Shown here: in pieces, positions 1-13,500 of the stretch | Position numbering within the stretch: position 1 is the stretch's first letter | Layout of the letters: every line of letters starts with the position of its first letter | From: Eledone cirrhosa | Taxonomy: Eukaryota | Assembly (NCBI GenBank): GCA_964016885.1 | Contig: OZ024741.1 | Coordinates: 232,996,001-233,060,000, forward strand | DNA length: 64,000 nt | Direction of reading: 5' to 3' | Program-made: the position numbers and the translations under genes | The notes under the pieces: model-generated | The model's input: only the letters and a program-made list of their open reading frames with translations | Databases searched by the model: none | Told to the model about the DNA's origin: nothing

Positions 1-511
1 AGTAATTCTAATTATAACTTGGATAACTTTTCTTCGTCAGATCGAATTTCGAAATCGTATTTCAACTTTGCATAATTTCATAATTTCAACGTTGCATAAA
101 ACTCAGTCTATCGTACTGTATTTCTCTACTTCAACTTGAAAACTGTCGTTCAATTAGCCGTGAAATTTAAAATGTTTGTCGTACTTATACTTCATACTCA
201 TTCCACAAATGGGTATAGGTTTCGAATAATCTAGATATATTTAGAAAATATGCTGACTATTCAGGTTACGGCTTCTTTGAGTATACATTCCCAAAGTGAA
301 TGTGCTACCGTATATTCAAGGATCACCAAGAATTCGACCAAATGTCACTTTAATATTTCAGCAAAATAACCCTCATCCCGCCGACTTGTTTGCTTAAAAT
401 TTTACTGACAAATTTGAAAATTATATTTGAATGTAATGGATTGTAACCCTCTAAAACATTTAACCAGATCTAATGATATTAGAAATTGGACCAAATTTGA
501 AAAGAATAGCA

Positions 512-577
<66 letters not shown>

Positions 578-840
578 CGATAACATGCCGGAGAGAACAC
601 ACACACACACTAATATACGTTCTCGATAAATATATTTCTGTCCCCTCTCCACGATTATTCTATCTAGAGATGACTAGGCAGATACAATTGAACGCACATA
701 TAGACGCCCACATACATATGAACACTCACTAAGCTAGTTATCTATATACACAACTACTTCTTCAATTAAAAAGACACTCTCGTGAAAAAAAATTCTTTAC
801 AGCTGGATAAAAAAATGTATGGCCTTATTTGGAAAACAAT

Positions 841-922
841 GACACTTTCTGAGGAGACAGTCAGTTAACTTCCAATGCCTTTGGTATTCAGTATGAAACT
901 AGCTGTTGAAACGGCAAGTGCT
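841..922 (+). ncRNA. Degenerate type I hammerhead ribozyme motif
   Basis: CTGAGGA (849-855), long stem II gacagtcagtt/aactagctgtt, GAAAC (908-912), cactt/aagtg stem I. The NUH triplet is not intact. Confidence 0.4.
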
Positions 923-1088
923 CAGTCACCGGGGTACCGACTCTTTATAAAATAACCATACTTTATTACCCCAAGTATCGATTACTCGGTTGTGTAATGG
1001 TCTATTTACGTTCCCGAGGCAATCCAAACTGAAACGACAAGGGAACGGACAAAGAGGGTGTTCATGAATCCTTCGCTCGTTCCCTTAT

Positions 1089-1206
<118 letters not shown>

Positions 1207-1334
1207 ATTATGCATAATTTGAAGAATGTAATGCTTCAACTTTGCGATTGACAGCGTATAATTCTTAAACATGTTGAAATCTATCTGTGAGACGGTCTGA
1301 TATTTCACACTGCTTTATATTTATCTCTTGACAG

Positions 1335-1426
1335 CTCCATTAAAAGAAACCGTTACAGACTTTTGGCGAATGATATGGCAGCAGGAATGCTCATTGATTA
1401 TCGCGTTCCCTGGACCTGTAGAAAAG
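1335..1426 (+). CDS. Receptor-type protein tyrosine phosphatase, PTP domain exon A (gene starts upstream of the window)
   Basis: ttgacag acceptor, GTAATG donor. Translates (x)PLKETVTDFWRMIWQQECSLIIAFPGPVEK, matching the PTP motif PxxxTxxDFWRMIW. Ends in phase 0. Confidence 0.9.
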
Positions 1427-1633
1427 GTAATGTGTCCTTAGAATCAACTCAGTATTTGTATTAGAAATGCCAATATATTACAGAACCGTGGTTGGTAGCG
1501 TTATCACTACGTGTACTATTGACGAATTTAATACTGATGTGTGGTCCCAGCCTTGGCTCTTCTCATGATTGTGCCCACCTCTATAAAAAGACGCATCATC
1601 CATAACCATACACTTTCCCTTTTCTCTTGCGCG

Positions 1634-2068
1634 TTGCCTATGTAATACCACGAATTACGGCATTGCCTATGTAATACCACGAATTACGGCATTGCCTATG
1701 TAATACCACGAATTACGGCATTGCCTATGTAATACCACGAATTACGGCATTGCCTATGTAATACCACGAATTACGGCATTGCCTATGTAATACCACGAAT
1801 TACGGCATTGCCTATGTAATACCACGAATTACGGCATTGCCTATGTAATACCACGAATTACGGCATTGCCTATGTAATACCACGAATTACGGCATTGCCT
1901 ATGTAATACCACGAATTACGGCATTGCCTATGTAATACCACGAATTACGGCATTGCCTATGTAATACCACGAATTACGGCATTGCCTATGTAATACCACG
2001 AATTACGGCATTGCCTATGTAATACCACGAATTACGGCATTGCCTATGTAATACCACGAATTACGGCA
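1634..2068. repeat. Perfect 29-bp minisatellite, 15 copies
   Basis: Unit TTGCCTATGTAATACCACGAATTACGGCA repeated head-to-tail with no spacers. Confidence 0.97.
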
Positions 2069-2298
2069 TGCTCTATTTACTTGGCTACGGACATAATAAT
2101 GTGTGACCATTGATTTCAAGATACGTTTTATATTTTCGCCCTTAGGAAAATTCAAGTAAATTTGAAAGGTACATAATATTTTGGCCGCAAATAGCGCGTT
2201 TTGCTTTAGATCAAATTAAAATTAAAAATGTTAAGGAACGTGTGAGTGTAATTTTTCAGTAATAATATTTGATTCTACGTGTGTATATTTCTTGGGCT

Positions 2299-2361
<63 letters not shown>

Positions 2362-2454
2362 ATGTATATGTATATATATATGTATGTATATGTATATATA
2401 TATGTATTTATGTATATATATGTATTTATGTATATGTATATATATATATGTATG

Positions 2455-2485
<31 letters not shown>

Positions 2486-2534
2486 GTGTATATTTATATA
2501 TATGTGTATGTATATGTATATATATATGTGTAGG

Positions 2535-2601
<67 letters not shown>

Positions 2602-2603
<2 letters not shown>

Positions 2604-2864
2604 GAGAAACAAAATGGCGTAGGACAGAAGAAAGGAAAGGCACAGAAAAAAAGAAAGGAATCCCCAGTCACTGAAGAGGTCACAGAGTGTGTGACGAAAG
2701 GACTATGACTATATATAAACAACTATCTGGTTGTGGAACCAACCAACCAGAAATTTATAAGTTTGTAGATTTGTAAATTTATAAATTTATAAATATATAA
2801 TAAATTGAAGTGAAAGCAACTGGTGCGTGTGTTTCTTATTGGCAACATGACCCTCCCAAAGTAT

Positions 2865-2870
<6 letters not shown>
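2602..2870 (+). mobile_element. Short HHR-bearing Penelope pLTR-like / retrozyme-like element (family H1) in (TA)n
   Basis: Homologous to 15661-15953 (- strand) and 15967-16140 (+ strand tail). Flanked by (TA)n on both sides and contains an HHR. Confidence 0.7.
2666..2710 (+). ncRNA. Type I hammerhead ribozyme (H1)
   Basis: Stem I AGTCA/TGACT, CTGAAGA, one extra G, stem II GTCACA/TGTGAC, GAAA, minimal stem III AG/CT, triplet CUA. Confidence 0.75.
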
Positions 2871-2941
<71 letters not shown>

Positions 2942-2952
2942 TATATATATAA

Positions 2953-3008
<56 letters not shown>

Positions 3009-3055
3009 ATGTGTGTATATTTATATATATGTATATGTATATATATATGTGTAGG

Positions 3056-3103
<48 letters not shown>

Positions 3104-3106
3104 ATG

Positions 3107-3139
<33 letters not shown>

Positions 3140-3452
3140 GTATATATATATATGTGTATATTTGTATATATATATGTATGTATATATATGTATATGTATA
3201 TATATATATATGTATATATATGTATGTATATGTATATATATATGTATGTATATGTATATATATATATGTATGTATATGTATATATATATATGTATGTATA
3301 TGTATATATATATATATGTATGTATATATATATGTATGTCTATGTATATATATATATGTATGTATGTGTATATATATATCTATGTATGTATGTATATATA
3401 TATATGTATGTATGTATATGTATATATATGTATGTATGTATATGTATCTATA

Positions 3453-3499
<47 letters not shown>

Positions 3500-3514
3500 G
3501 TATATATGTGTGTG

Positions 3515-3547
<33 letters not shown>

Positions 3548-3600
3548 ATGTATATATGTGTGTGTATATATATATATATATTTACATATATATGTATATA

Positions 3601-3641
<41 letters not shown>

Positions 3642-3658
3642 ATATATGTGTGTGTATG

Positions 3659-3733
<75 letters not shown>

Positions 3734-3758
3734 GTATATATATATGTATATATATATG

Positions 3759-3793
<35 letters not shown>

Positions 3794-3808
3794 GTATATA
3801 TATGTATA

Positions 3809-3854
<46 letters not shown>

Positions 3855-3881
3855 CATGTGTGTGTTAGTGTGTGTGTGTGT

Positions 3882-3953
<72 letters not shown>

Positions 3954-3989
3954 CGATATCATCTTTTTTTCTTTATACTTTCACTCGTG

Positions 3990-6203
3990 TAGGACACCTC
4001 GGTTATATATATATCGACTTCACCTCATCCCACACTACACAAACCAAACACTCCATTCCCTACTCCCAACTCATCCGGATCCGCCGCCTCTGCAGCCGAG
4101 ATGCTGACTTCGAGTCCCAAGCCCTTTCTCTAGTCAGCCATTTCATCCGGAGAGGTTACCCCTCCCTCGTCCACATCGCCCTCACTCGCGCTCGTGCTGT
4201 CCACCGCCCCAACCCACACCCCTCGCACCTCCACCCACGTCTCCCCTTCCCGCTCACCTACCACCCCTCCACCGCACCATTCTCCGCCTCTTCCGACGCC
4301 TCCAGTCCGACCCCCTCCCCCTCTCCGTTCTTCTCCCCCCTCCCCGGTTCCCTTCCCTGCTCCAGGCCTCGCTGCCACACCTGCCCCCACATCACCAACA
4401 CTACCTCCTTCCAGGATCCCAACGCCTTGCGCTGCACCGCCCCAACCTCGTCTATGGACTTCACTGTACGGAGTGCAGCGCAACCCACGTCGCACAGACT
4501 GGACCTCACCTGGCGGATCGGTTCACGGGCACCTCCGCGATATTCGTCTCGGCGGGAGTTCCCCCATCGCCCGCCACTTTGGCTCCCCTGGACATTCCGC
4601 CCACCACCTCACAGTCTGTGGCCTGATCCAATGCCATGGGACACCCCCCACCCGCATCACGGTCGAGCAACACCATCTTCACCCTACAGACCCACACAAT
4701 CCCCCGGCCTGAACTCTTCACCCCTCTTCCTTTAACATTCGACCGTCCACCTCCCCCCCCCCACATCCCCCACTAACACCACTAACACGCTCCCCAGTTT
4801 CACCACCCCCTCCACTCCCAGCCTAGGGCCCACCCCACAACTAATAATACTAACACCCCCACCCTCCCCGGTCCTCCCCCAACTAATAATACCAACATCC
4901 CCACTCCTCATCCTAGCACCCACGCATCCACACCCCCACACGCAATCACCCACCTGCACATATATACACGCACTCACACTATTCACACACCCTATTACCA
5001 CCACTGACTCCCACCCACACATTCACATCTGATTACCCCACCACTAACATTACTAACACCCACCCAACCCGCCTTCCCATCACCACACACACACCAGTAC
5101 ACTACACTCCCTCCTACCGTCCCCAACACCTTCTCTCTCCCCGCTCCACCAACACCCCCTCAAACACACATCCCACTAACACCTCCACTAATATATACAC
5201 CAACCCCCACACCAACACCTTCTCTCTCCACCTTTCACACCTACCCATCCGCTCCTCTGACCACCGCACCTCCGCACATACATACACACGGTCCACAAAA
5301 CATACAGACCCTCACTATTCCTGTCATCCTCCTCTACTGCCTGCTAGCATCTCCCTACTGCTATCTCTTCATCCTGCCTTGACCCTCTGGCCACTTCCGG
5401 TTGCGCGCGCACCCCACATCTCTCCACTTCCTCACTACCATACCAGGATTTTACACCACTGGTCATCGCACCAGCTATCCATCCTACTAGACGCGGAATC
5501 TCCACCATCTGGTCTCACACCCCGTGGAAATACCCCAGGAACATACACACAAACAGACACATTATTTTCGAACCACGTCACCATACATCCACACCACATA
5601 TAAACACACACACACACACGTGCATATCCTCACATACACACACTCAGCCTCTGGACTTCACACGCCCCCTCTCCGCCACTCCCTCTGACGTCTCTCCATC
5701 CACATTCACACACCGACTTACACCCCACCCCATGTACACACTGTTTTCCCTTTTACCCGAACATGGAACCTCGTTCTTCCCCAAACTCTCACATTCACAT
5801 ATACACGTACACTTACACACACACACACCATCTCCAGCCCTCCCCGTTCGGACCCCCCACCCTGTCTCCCTTTTCCCTCTCCACCCCCTCCACCCACCAC
5901 CACCCCTACACGACTCACACCCTTTCACCACTTGTTTCTTTTATTTAAAAGATATTTTTTTACTCTCTAAAAAATGTTTTCCCCACTTTTTTTAAATCAT
6001 TTTAAATGTCTTTTTTGTCTCCCCCCCCCCCACCCTAGGAACTCTCTTCCTACCCACTTTTCTCCTGGTGAAAGGCTTATGCCGAAACGTCATCCCACAC
6101 CCTCCACTCTCAAGCGTAAAACTAATAATAACATTTGTACTGCCTCTTCACTTCTAAGTTTTTTTTTTGTTTTTGTTTTTTATTTTCTGTTTACTGTCTC
6201 AAC

Positions 6204-6205
<2 letters not shown>
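3990..6205 (+). mobile_element. Penelope-like element (Neptune-type), 5'-truncated: RT thumb, Cys linker, GIY-YIG endonuclease relic, C-rich 3' region
   Basis: [15 protein letters not shown]...F.RRGYP (PLE thumb); PCSRPRCHTCP Cys linker; frameshifted GHLRDIR...PIARHF...GH...EQ...GLN endonuclease end. The tail matches 32520-33180 and carries an HHR-like core at 6065-6091. Confidence 0.85.
6065..6091 (+). ncRNA. Degenerate hammerhead core in the PLE 3' tail
   Basis: CTGGTGA (A6>G), GGC-TTAT-GCC, GAAACGTC. The paralog at 33063 has canonical CTGAGGA. Confidence 0.5.
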
Positions 6206-6295
<90 letters not shown>

Positions 6296-6302
6296 TTATA
6301 CA

Positions 6303-6536
<234 letters not shown>

Positions 6537-6565
6537 CATATATATATATATATATAAATATATAC

Positions 6566-6634
<69 letters not shown>

Positions 6635-6665
6635 CATATATATATACATATATATATATACATAC

Positions 6666-6696
<31 letters not shown>

Positions 6697-6809
6697 CATA
6701 TATATATACATATATATATATATGTAGGAGGTGAGTATTATTGTAGTACAATAAAGCAATGCAGATATCAGATAAGAAGCACTCTACAGTTTGTAGCACT
6801 GGAGTATAC

Positions 6810-7385
<576 letters not shown>

Positions 7386-7560
7386 TTAAGTAAAGTTAAT
7401 TTTTTAAAATTTATTTTGAAACTTTTTCTTATTTGCTAAACCTTGATTATATATGTTCTGGCTCGTTAATTTATTAACCTGCCATTGAACCACGTTTGCA
7501 TATGGTTGGACAATACATGTGTCCCTTAGCGCCTTGTGCGTGTAGGAACACATATTCTAT

Positions 7561-7611
<51 letters not shown>

Positions 7612-7740
7612 AAATATAGCGAAAAATACTGCAGGTAGCACATGGATAACATGTAATAAAATGAGTCCTTCATCAGTGATTTGCCGACGATCATCGATAT
7701 TTCATTGCATTAAAAATCATATACCTCATATATATATATA

Positions 7741-7950
7741 TAACGAAGGAAATGTGGTAAGGAACCAGGTGGACCATAACGCACCAAAGTACTCAATACT
7801 TAGGGTAGTAGAGTGGGTAATAGGAACAAGTAAAACCCCGACGGCTAATTCTTACAGAATTAGCCGTCGAAACGGCTTGAGCTCAGCCGTCGGGGTCTTA
7901 ATTAGCCGTCGAAACGGCTTGAGCTCAGCCGTCGGGGTCTTACTTGTTCC

Positions 7951-7953
<3 letters not shown>
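7741..7953 (+). mobile_element. Inverted-tail element with the 3' half of a hammerhead (family H3), copy 1
   Basis: 12-bp hairpin GACGGCTAATTC/GAATTAGCCGTC, then GAAAC, stem III ACGGCT/AGCCGT and triplet GUC. CTGANGA is replaced by the inverted tail. Has an internal 42-bp tandem duplication. Second copy at 8245-8445. Confidence 0.65.
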
Positions 7954-8008
<55 letters not shown>

Positions 8009-8053
8009 CCTATATATATATATACATATACATATATATATATATACATATAC

Positions 8054-8558
<505 letters not shown>

Positions 8559-8747
8559 GTATATATATATAAATATATATATATATATAATTGTTTCTAC
8601 TTTAGGCATAAGGCCAGTTGGTTTTACGCTTTGCTTTTATGTATATTTAACAAGCTATAATAGCAGACAAATATTGGTTTATCTCTCCACTGAACTGGAG
8701 GTAGAACTACTAACAATGTTTGTATTCGCTATTTTTTATTAGATATA

Positions 8748-9110
8748 TACCGTTTCATTAATATCTAGTATATCAATGTATAGTTTGTGCAAATATGTTT
8801 ATCTAGTGTAATAACATAATCGTAATTACACTTATATGAAACTAACAAAGATTATAATCGTTATTCTTTATTAAATGTATACCGTTTCATTAATACTTAG
8901 TATATCTCTATATATAGTTTGTACAAATATCTTTATCTAGTATAATAACATAATCATAGTTACATTTGTATAAAACTAATAACAATGATTATAATTACTA
9001 TTTTTATTAAATGTTTACCGTTTCATTAATACCTAGTTCATCTATATATAGTTTTATACAAATATCTCTATCTAGGATAATAACATAATCGTAGTTACAT
9101 TTTTATAGAT
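8748..9110. repeat. Degenerate tandem repeat, about 3 copies of ~134 bp
   Basis: TACCGTTTCATTAATA...CTAGTATA...TAACATAATCGTA recurs at about 8748, 8880 and 9016. Confidence 0.8.
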
Positions 9111-10187
9111 AATGTAAACACCCAAATGACATTATTATAAGTGTTTGGTCTTCCCTGCAAGGTCGAACTTATATGAGCATTTACTTAATATAATATATGA
9201 ACTAATAATTGTTTCTACTTTTGGCACAAGGCCAGCAATTACCCAGTGTATTACTGGTACTTTATTTTATCGACCCCGTAAGGATGAAACTATGAATATA
9301 TGAACTAATAATAAATTATAATTCGGTTTTCCCTAAAAGGTCGAACTTATATAATCACTTACTTAATATAATATATGAACAAATAATAAATTATAGTCCT
9401 GGTATTATGATCAATACACACATATATATATATAGCTGAAAACTCTGACTGCTTTAGGTTTAATTATAAGACCTGTTAATACTTTAGGCACTGTAACTTT
9501 TTAACAATAAATTCTTTAATAGTTATAACTGTAAATATCTCATAAATTATATTATAGAAAATGTCAGTGTTATAAGTAATTTTGTTAAAGATTACCTTTG
9601 TGGGAATATTGAACATTATATGTATATTTTCTTTCTTTCGCGGGCTTCGTTAATCCTTTAAATTTGTCTTCATAAAATTTTGAATTTTAGAAATTAACAT
9701 AATTATATTATAATATTAATACAAATACCCATCAACTTTTAAAACCTAAAATGTTGATTCTTTACCCTGAAATAACATAAATTAAATATTTTGAAAATTA
9801 ACCGCCAAAACTATATATGATTGTGTGTGTGTGTAAAGAAATTTGAGCATAAATTACTCCCCTTTGTCTCTCTCTCTCTTTAATTATCTGTCATTTGTCT
9901 TCTCAAGCTAAATACTAAATAAGTTATAACTTCAGCTACGTCTTCCGCTATACTTTCCTCTACCGCATAGTTCTATAGCAGTATTTCAAATATTAAAAAT
10001 TCTATAACTGTTGCATTAAGGCAATGTATTTCTTAAAATATATTACTCACACTCTCTCTATTGATTCTATTACGTTTTCTCATGTTCTCAATATTAGGGT
10101 ATAAATATTGAGTTTTCTCATAAGTTAATCACTACCTTGATTAAATCTTAACCATCTAACATGTCAGGGTGTGTCATGTATCATTTT

Positions 10188-10252
10188 ATTTTATCTGATG
10201 AGGACGTACTGTTGAACTTAATTCAGTACCTCAGAAATATGTATAATAAAAT
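10188..10252 (+). ncRNA. Type I hammerhead ribozyme (related to H2)
   Basis: Stem I ATTTTAT/ATAAAAT, CTGATGA 10195-10201, stem II GTACTG/CAGTAC with a mismatched base, GAAA 10234-10237, near-palindromic stem III ATATGTAT, triplet AUA. Confidence 0.75.
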
Positions 10253-10504
10253 TTAATTGATCACAAGAATATCTATTTTGTTAATATTTGAATTAATATT
10301 AATAACTCTGGAAAATATCTCTTGTAGAGTGCTTCCAATCTACTGTAAAACTCATTCTTTGATGTACTCATTGAATCTTGTTTAACTCTTTAATATATAT
10401 ATATGTATATATATGTATATATTGAGATAAGCGGAGCAAGCAAGATTCAAACAATTTTTTAAAATAAATTAAAAAATATAATTTAAATATTTACCTATTC
10501 CAAT

Positions 10505-10588
10505 TGCTTTTACCGATCGGTTTCACTTCACAAAAGATTGGAGATCCCTAGGGACTTCCAATGGAAAAGTTTAGATCATCAGAAAGCA
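10505..10588 (-). ncRNA. Type I hammerhead ribozyme at the 3' end of the APE-RT LINE
   Basis: Minus strand reads TGCTTT-CTGATGA-[51-nt bulged stem II with ATTGGA/TCCAAT and GTCCCT/AGGGAT]-GAA-ACCGATCGGT-A-AAAGCA. Stem III is a perfect 10-nt palindrome; triplet GUA. Confidence 0.85.
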
Positions 10589-13500
10589 TTTTCCTTTCCT
10601 AGGACTAAAAGTCCCAGGAACGGCAAATCGAGCAGAGAATTATTGTTTACGGTGGCATATCCGGGTGTAGGAGGCTTATCCGGGATTTCTTGAAGGAATT
10701 TATCCAAAGACTTCTTGAACTTGATGGGGTCTGTCTCTGCTTTGATGTGTTTTGGTGTAATGTTAAAGATTTGCAGGGCCAATTGAGGTGAAATAATTGT
10801 GCCGTATTGTTGTTATGTGATGCGAGTGGGATTTTTGTCGTGGGCGGATAGCACGGGGCCCAAGCCTTGGGTATACACTAAAAATGATGCCAATATCATT
10901 TGGGCTAAGCTGATGGAATATTTTCCACATCATACAGATAATGTAGCGCTCACGGCGACGTTGAAGAGAATAAAGTTTGAGCTTTTCTAATCGACCCCAA
11001 TAGTCAAGGCTTGTCATGCCCACTATCTTTTTTGTAATTGACTTTGGGGTGCTTCAACTTTCATGATACTTTGTTTCGTGTAGGGTGACCACAGTGGACA
11101 ACAGTATTCAAGGTGGTGTCGGGCAAAAATGGAGAACAGAAGGACAACAGTGTGGATATCTCTCGATTGGAAAGTTCTGAGAATCCAGGAACAGATTCTG
11201 CGGGCCATATCAACTTTGCTGTTTATATGAGTGGCCCAGCTTATATTGTTGTCCACAATTACTCCCAGGTCTCTGATGTTATTGGAAGCCACTAGAGTTT
11301 CACCCGAAGGAAGAGAGTATGGTAGTTTCAGGATATCCTTTTTTTCCAAAGTGGATTATTTCAAATTTATCCTCATTCAACAGCATATTATTCATCTCTG
11401 CCCATTGGATAACAGCCAGTAGGTCTGACTGAAGGCAAGTCCGGTCATCCACCTCATTGATAACCCTTTGGAGCTTGGAATCATCTGCGAAGATTCTGGT
11501 GTTGCTGTGTTTGATGATGTCAGTAATGTCATTAATGTAGATGATGAAAAGAAGTGGGCCCTACACATTGCCTTGTGGGACGCCACTGCTGATTTTGGCA
11601 GGGCTTGATTTTACTCCTTCGACTACAACATGCTGGGTTCTGCCTGTCAGGAAACATTTGATCCACTGTAGTAACCTTCCAGAGACACCAACATTGGATA
11701 GTTTTTTCTGTAGAATCTTATGATCAACCCTGTCGAAGGCCTTGCTGAAATCAAGGTAGACGACATCAGTGTTGGAGCCCTCTCCCAAGGCTCTCAAAAC
11801 ATCGTCAAAGAGATGCAGGAGCTGCGTTAGGCAGTCCCTTCCATTACAGAACCCATGTTGGTTGGAGTTCAGCAGGCCGTTGCTTTCAAGAAAGTGGGTT
11901 ATTCGTGATCTCACCACCCTCTTAAATACCTTGATAATATGAGAGGTGAGTGAGATCGAACGGTAGTTCACTGCAAGGGACTTATTTCCCTTTTTGATGA
12001 CTGGGACAACGGACTGGGACAGAAAGTTTTCAGGAATATAGCCAGTGTCCAGTGAGTTCTTCCACAGGTTAGGAAGAGGAGTTGCAAGTTGGTGACGACA
12101 CACCTTCAGGAGACAAGCAGGGAACCTGTCGGGGCTTACTGCTGGATTGTGTTTAATTTCGTTTATTGTTGCTAAGACATCAGGGGCGCCAAATGTTATG
12201 TCTGATATAGTGTGTGGGGGGTTAATATCACTGATACGGCCCAGATTGGCCATATCAGGGTTGCTGAAAACAGAGCAGTATTGTTTCTGCAGTATCTCGC
12301 CCATGGTTTTTGCATTGTCCTGGAGTGTGCCATTTTCATCAACTAGGGGGCCAACAGTGGAGACAGTGACCTTGTGTTTTTTAGCGAATGAGAAGAACAC
12401 TTTGGGGTTGAGTTTGATTTTCTCAATGGCCCACCTCTCTTCAGCTATTCTCTGGTTATTGATGATGTTGGTGGAAGTGTGTGCGTGTGTAAAAGACCAG
12501 TCGACATGTGATAGTTCGTTCATAATTGCATCCCAGTTGGCATTGTGGAGATCCATGTTATCAAATAGGTGGGCAGGAGAGAGGACGCTGGGATTAGCTT
12601 TCGGCTGGTGGAATCTCAGGTTACAAAGAACCATGTCATGGTCTGAGAGAAGGGTTTTTTCCACTGTAATATTATGTATAGTGTTAGTGTGGTTACTAAA
12701 CACTAGATCCAGAATGTTCTTCTGATGCCTCGTTAGTGCAAGGACAAGTTAGGACAAGAAAAACTCATTCATGAAGTCAAGAAGTGACTCGACAGCCTCT
12801 TTGTCAGTGGTTGAGGCTGTGGAGCCTGGTTTCAAACTACATGTAGACCAATCGACACAGGGTAGATTAAAGTCTCCCATCAAAAGTATATTGCTAAAAT
12901 GGCACTGTTTAATAAAGCATTTAATACTGTTGAGGCATTCTTTGAAACAGATTATAGGTGTTTGTGGTGGCCTATAGAGCCCAACTAATGTCAGGTCATT
13001 GGCTTTATTGTGCACAGTGACTGATTCACAGTATCCATTAGAGAATGTTGTATTGCCATCTGCCGTAAAGGAATCATGCAGGAAAATGGCAGTTCCACCC
13101 TTCCTTCTGCCAACACGATCCGCACGGATGGTTGTGAAATTTCTCACTCTTACTTCGGCCTCTAAATGGGAGTTGTCAAGGTGGGTCTCAGTAAGAATGA
13201 AGAAGGGGATGTGAAATCGATGGTTACCAACCCAATCCTCAATGAATTGGATCTTCCATTTCTGTGCATTGGTGGATGGGCTGATACCTTGTGTATTCAG
13301 TAAGAATGTGGAGGCTAGTGTGGTGGCTGGTTTTGACTGTTGCAGGGGGCTTGTTTTGTGATTGTATGTTAGTGACAGCAAGGTTGGTGTTGGGTGATGG
13401 CTAAAATGTTTTTCTCTATCTCTTATGCCAGGTTCATGGCTAAAAAAGAAAGATTTTTTTTTGTTCAGGGAGCAGTTTTTGATTGGATTTGTGGTTACAA

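Larger units (their letters stand above)
2302..3951. repeat. (TA)n/(TG)n compound microsatellite array, interrupted by an HHR element at 2602-2870
   Basis: Directly visible. Similar arrays lie at 514-574, 1089-1204, 6207-6723, 7014-7385, 7951-8245, 14826-15018, 15477-15660, 16900-17380, 20317-21538, 30943-31210 and 32008-32520. Confidence 0.98.

Noticed and set aside
265-295. Candidate upstream small PTP exon (ttcag...gtgaat)
   Set aside because: It does not translate to the expected YIAxQG motif.
1634-2068. CRISPR-like 29-bp palindromic repeats
   Set aside because: There are no spacers and no cas genes, and the context is a eukaryotic intron. It is a minisatellite.
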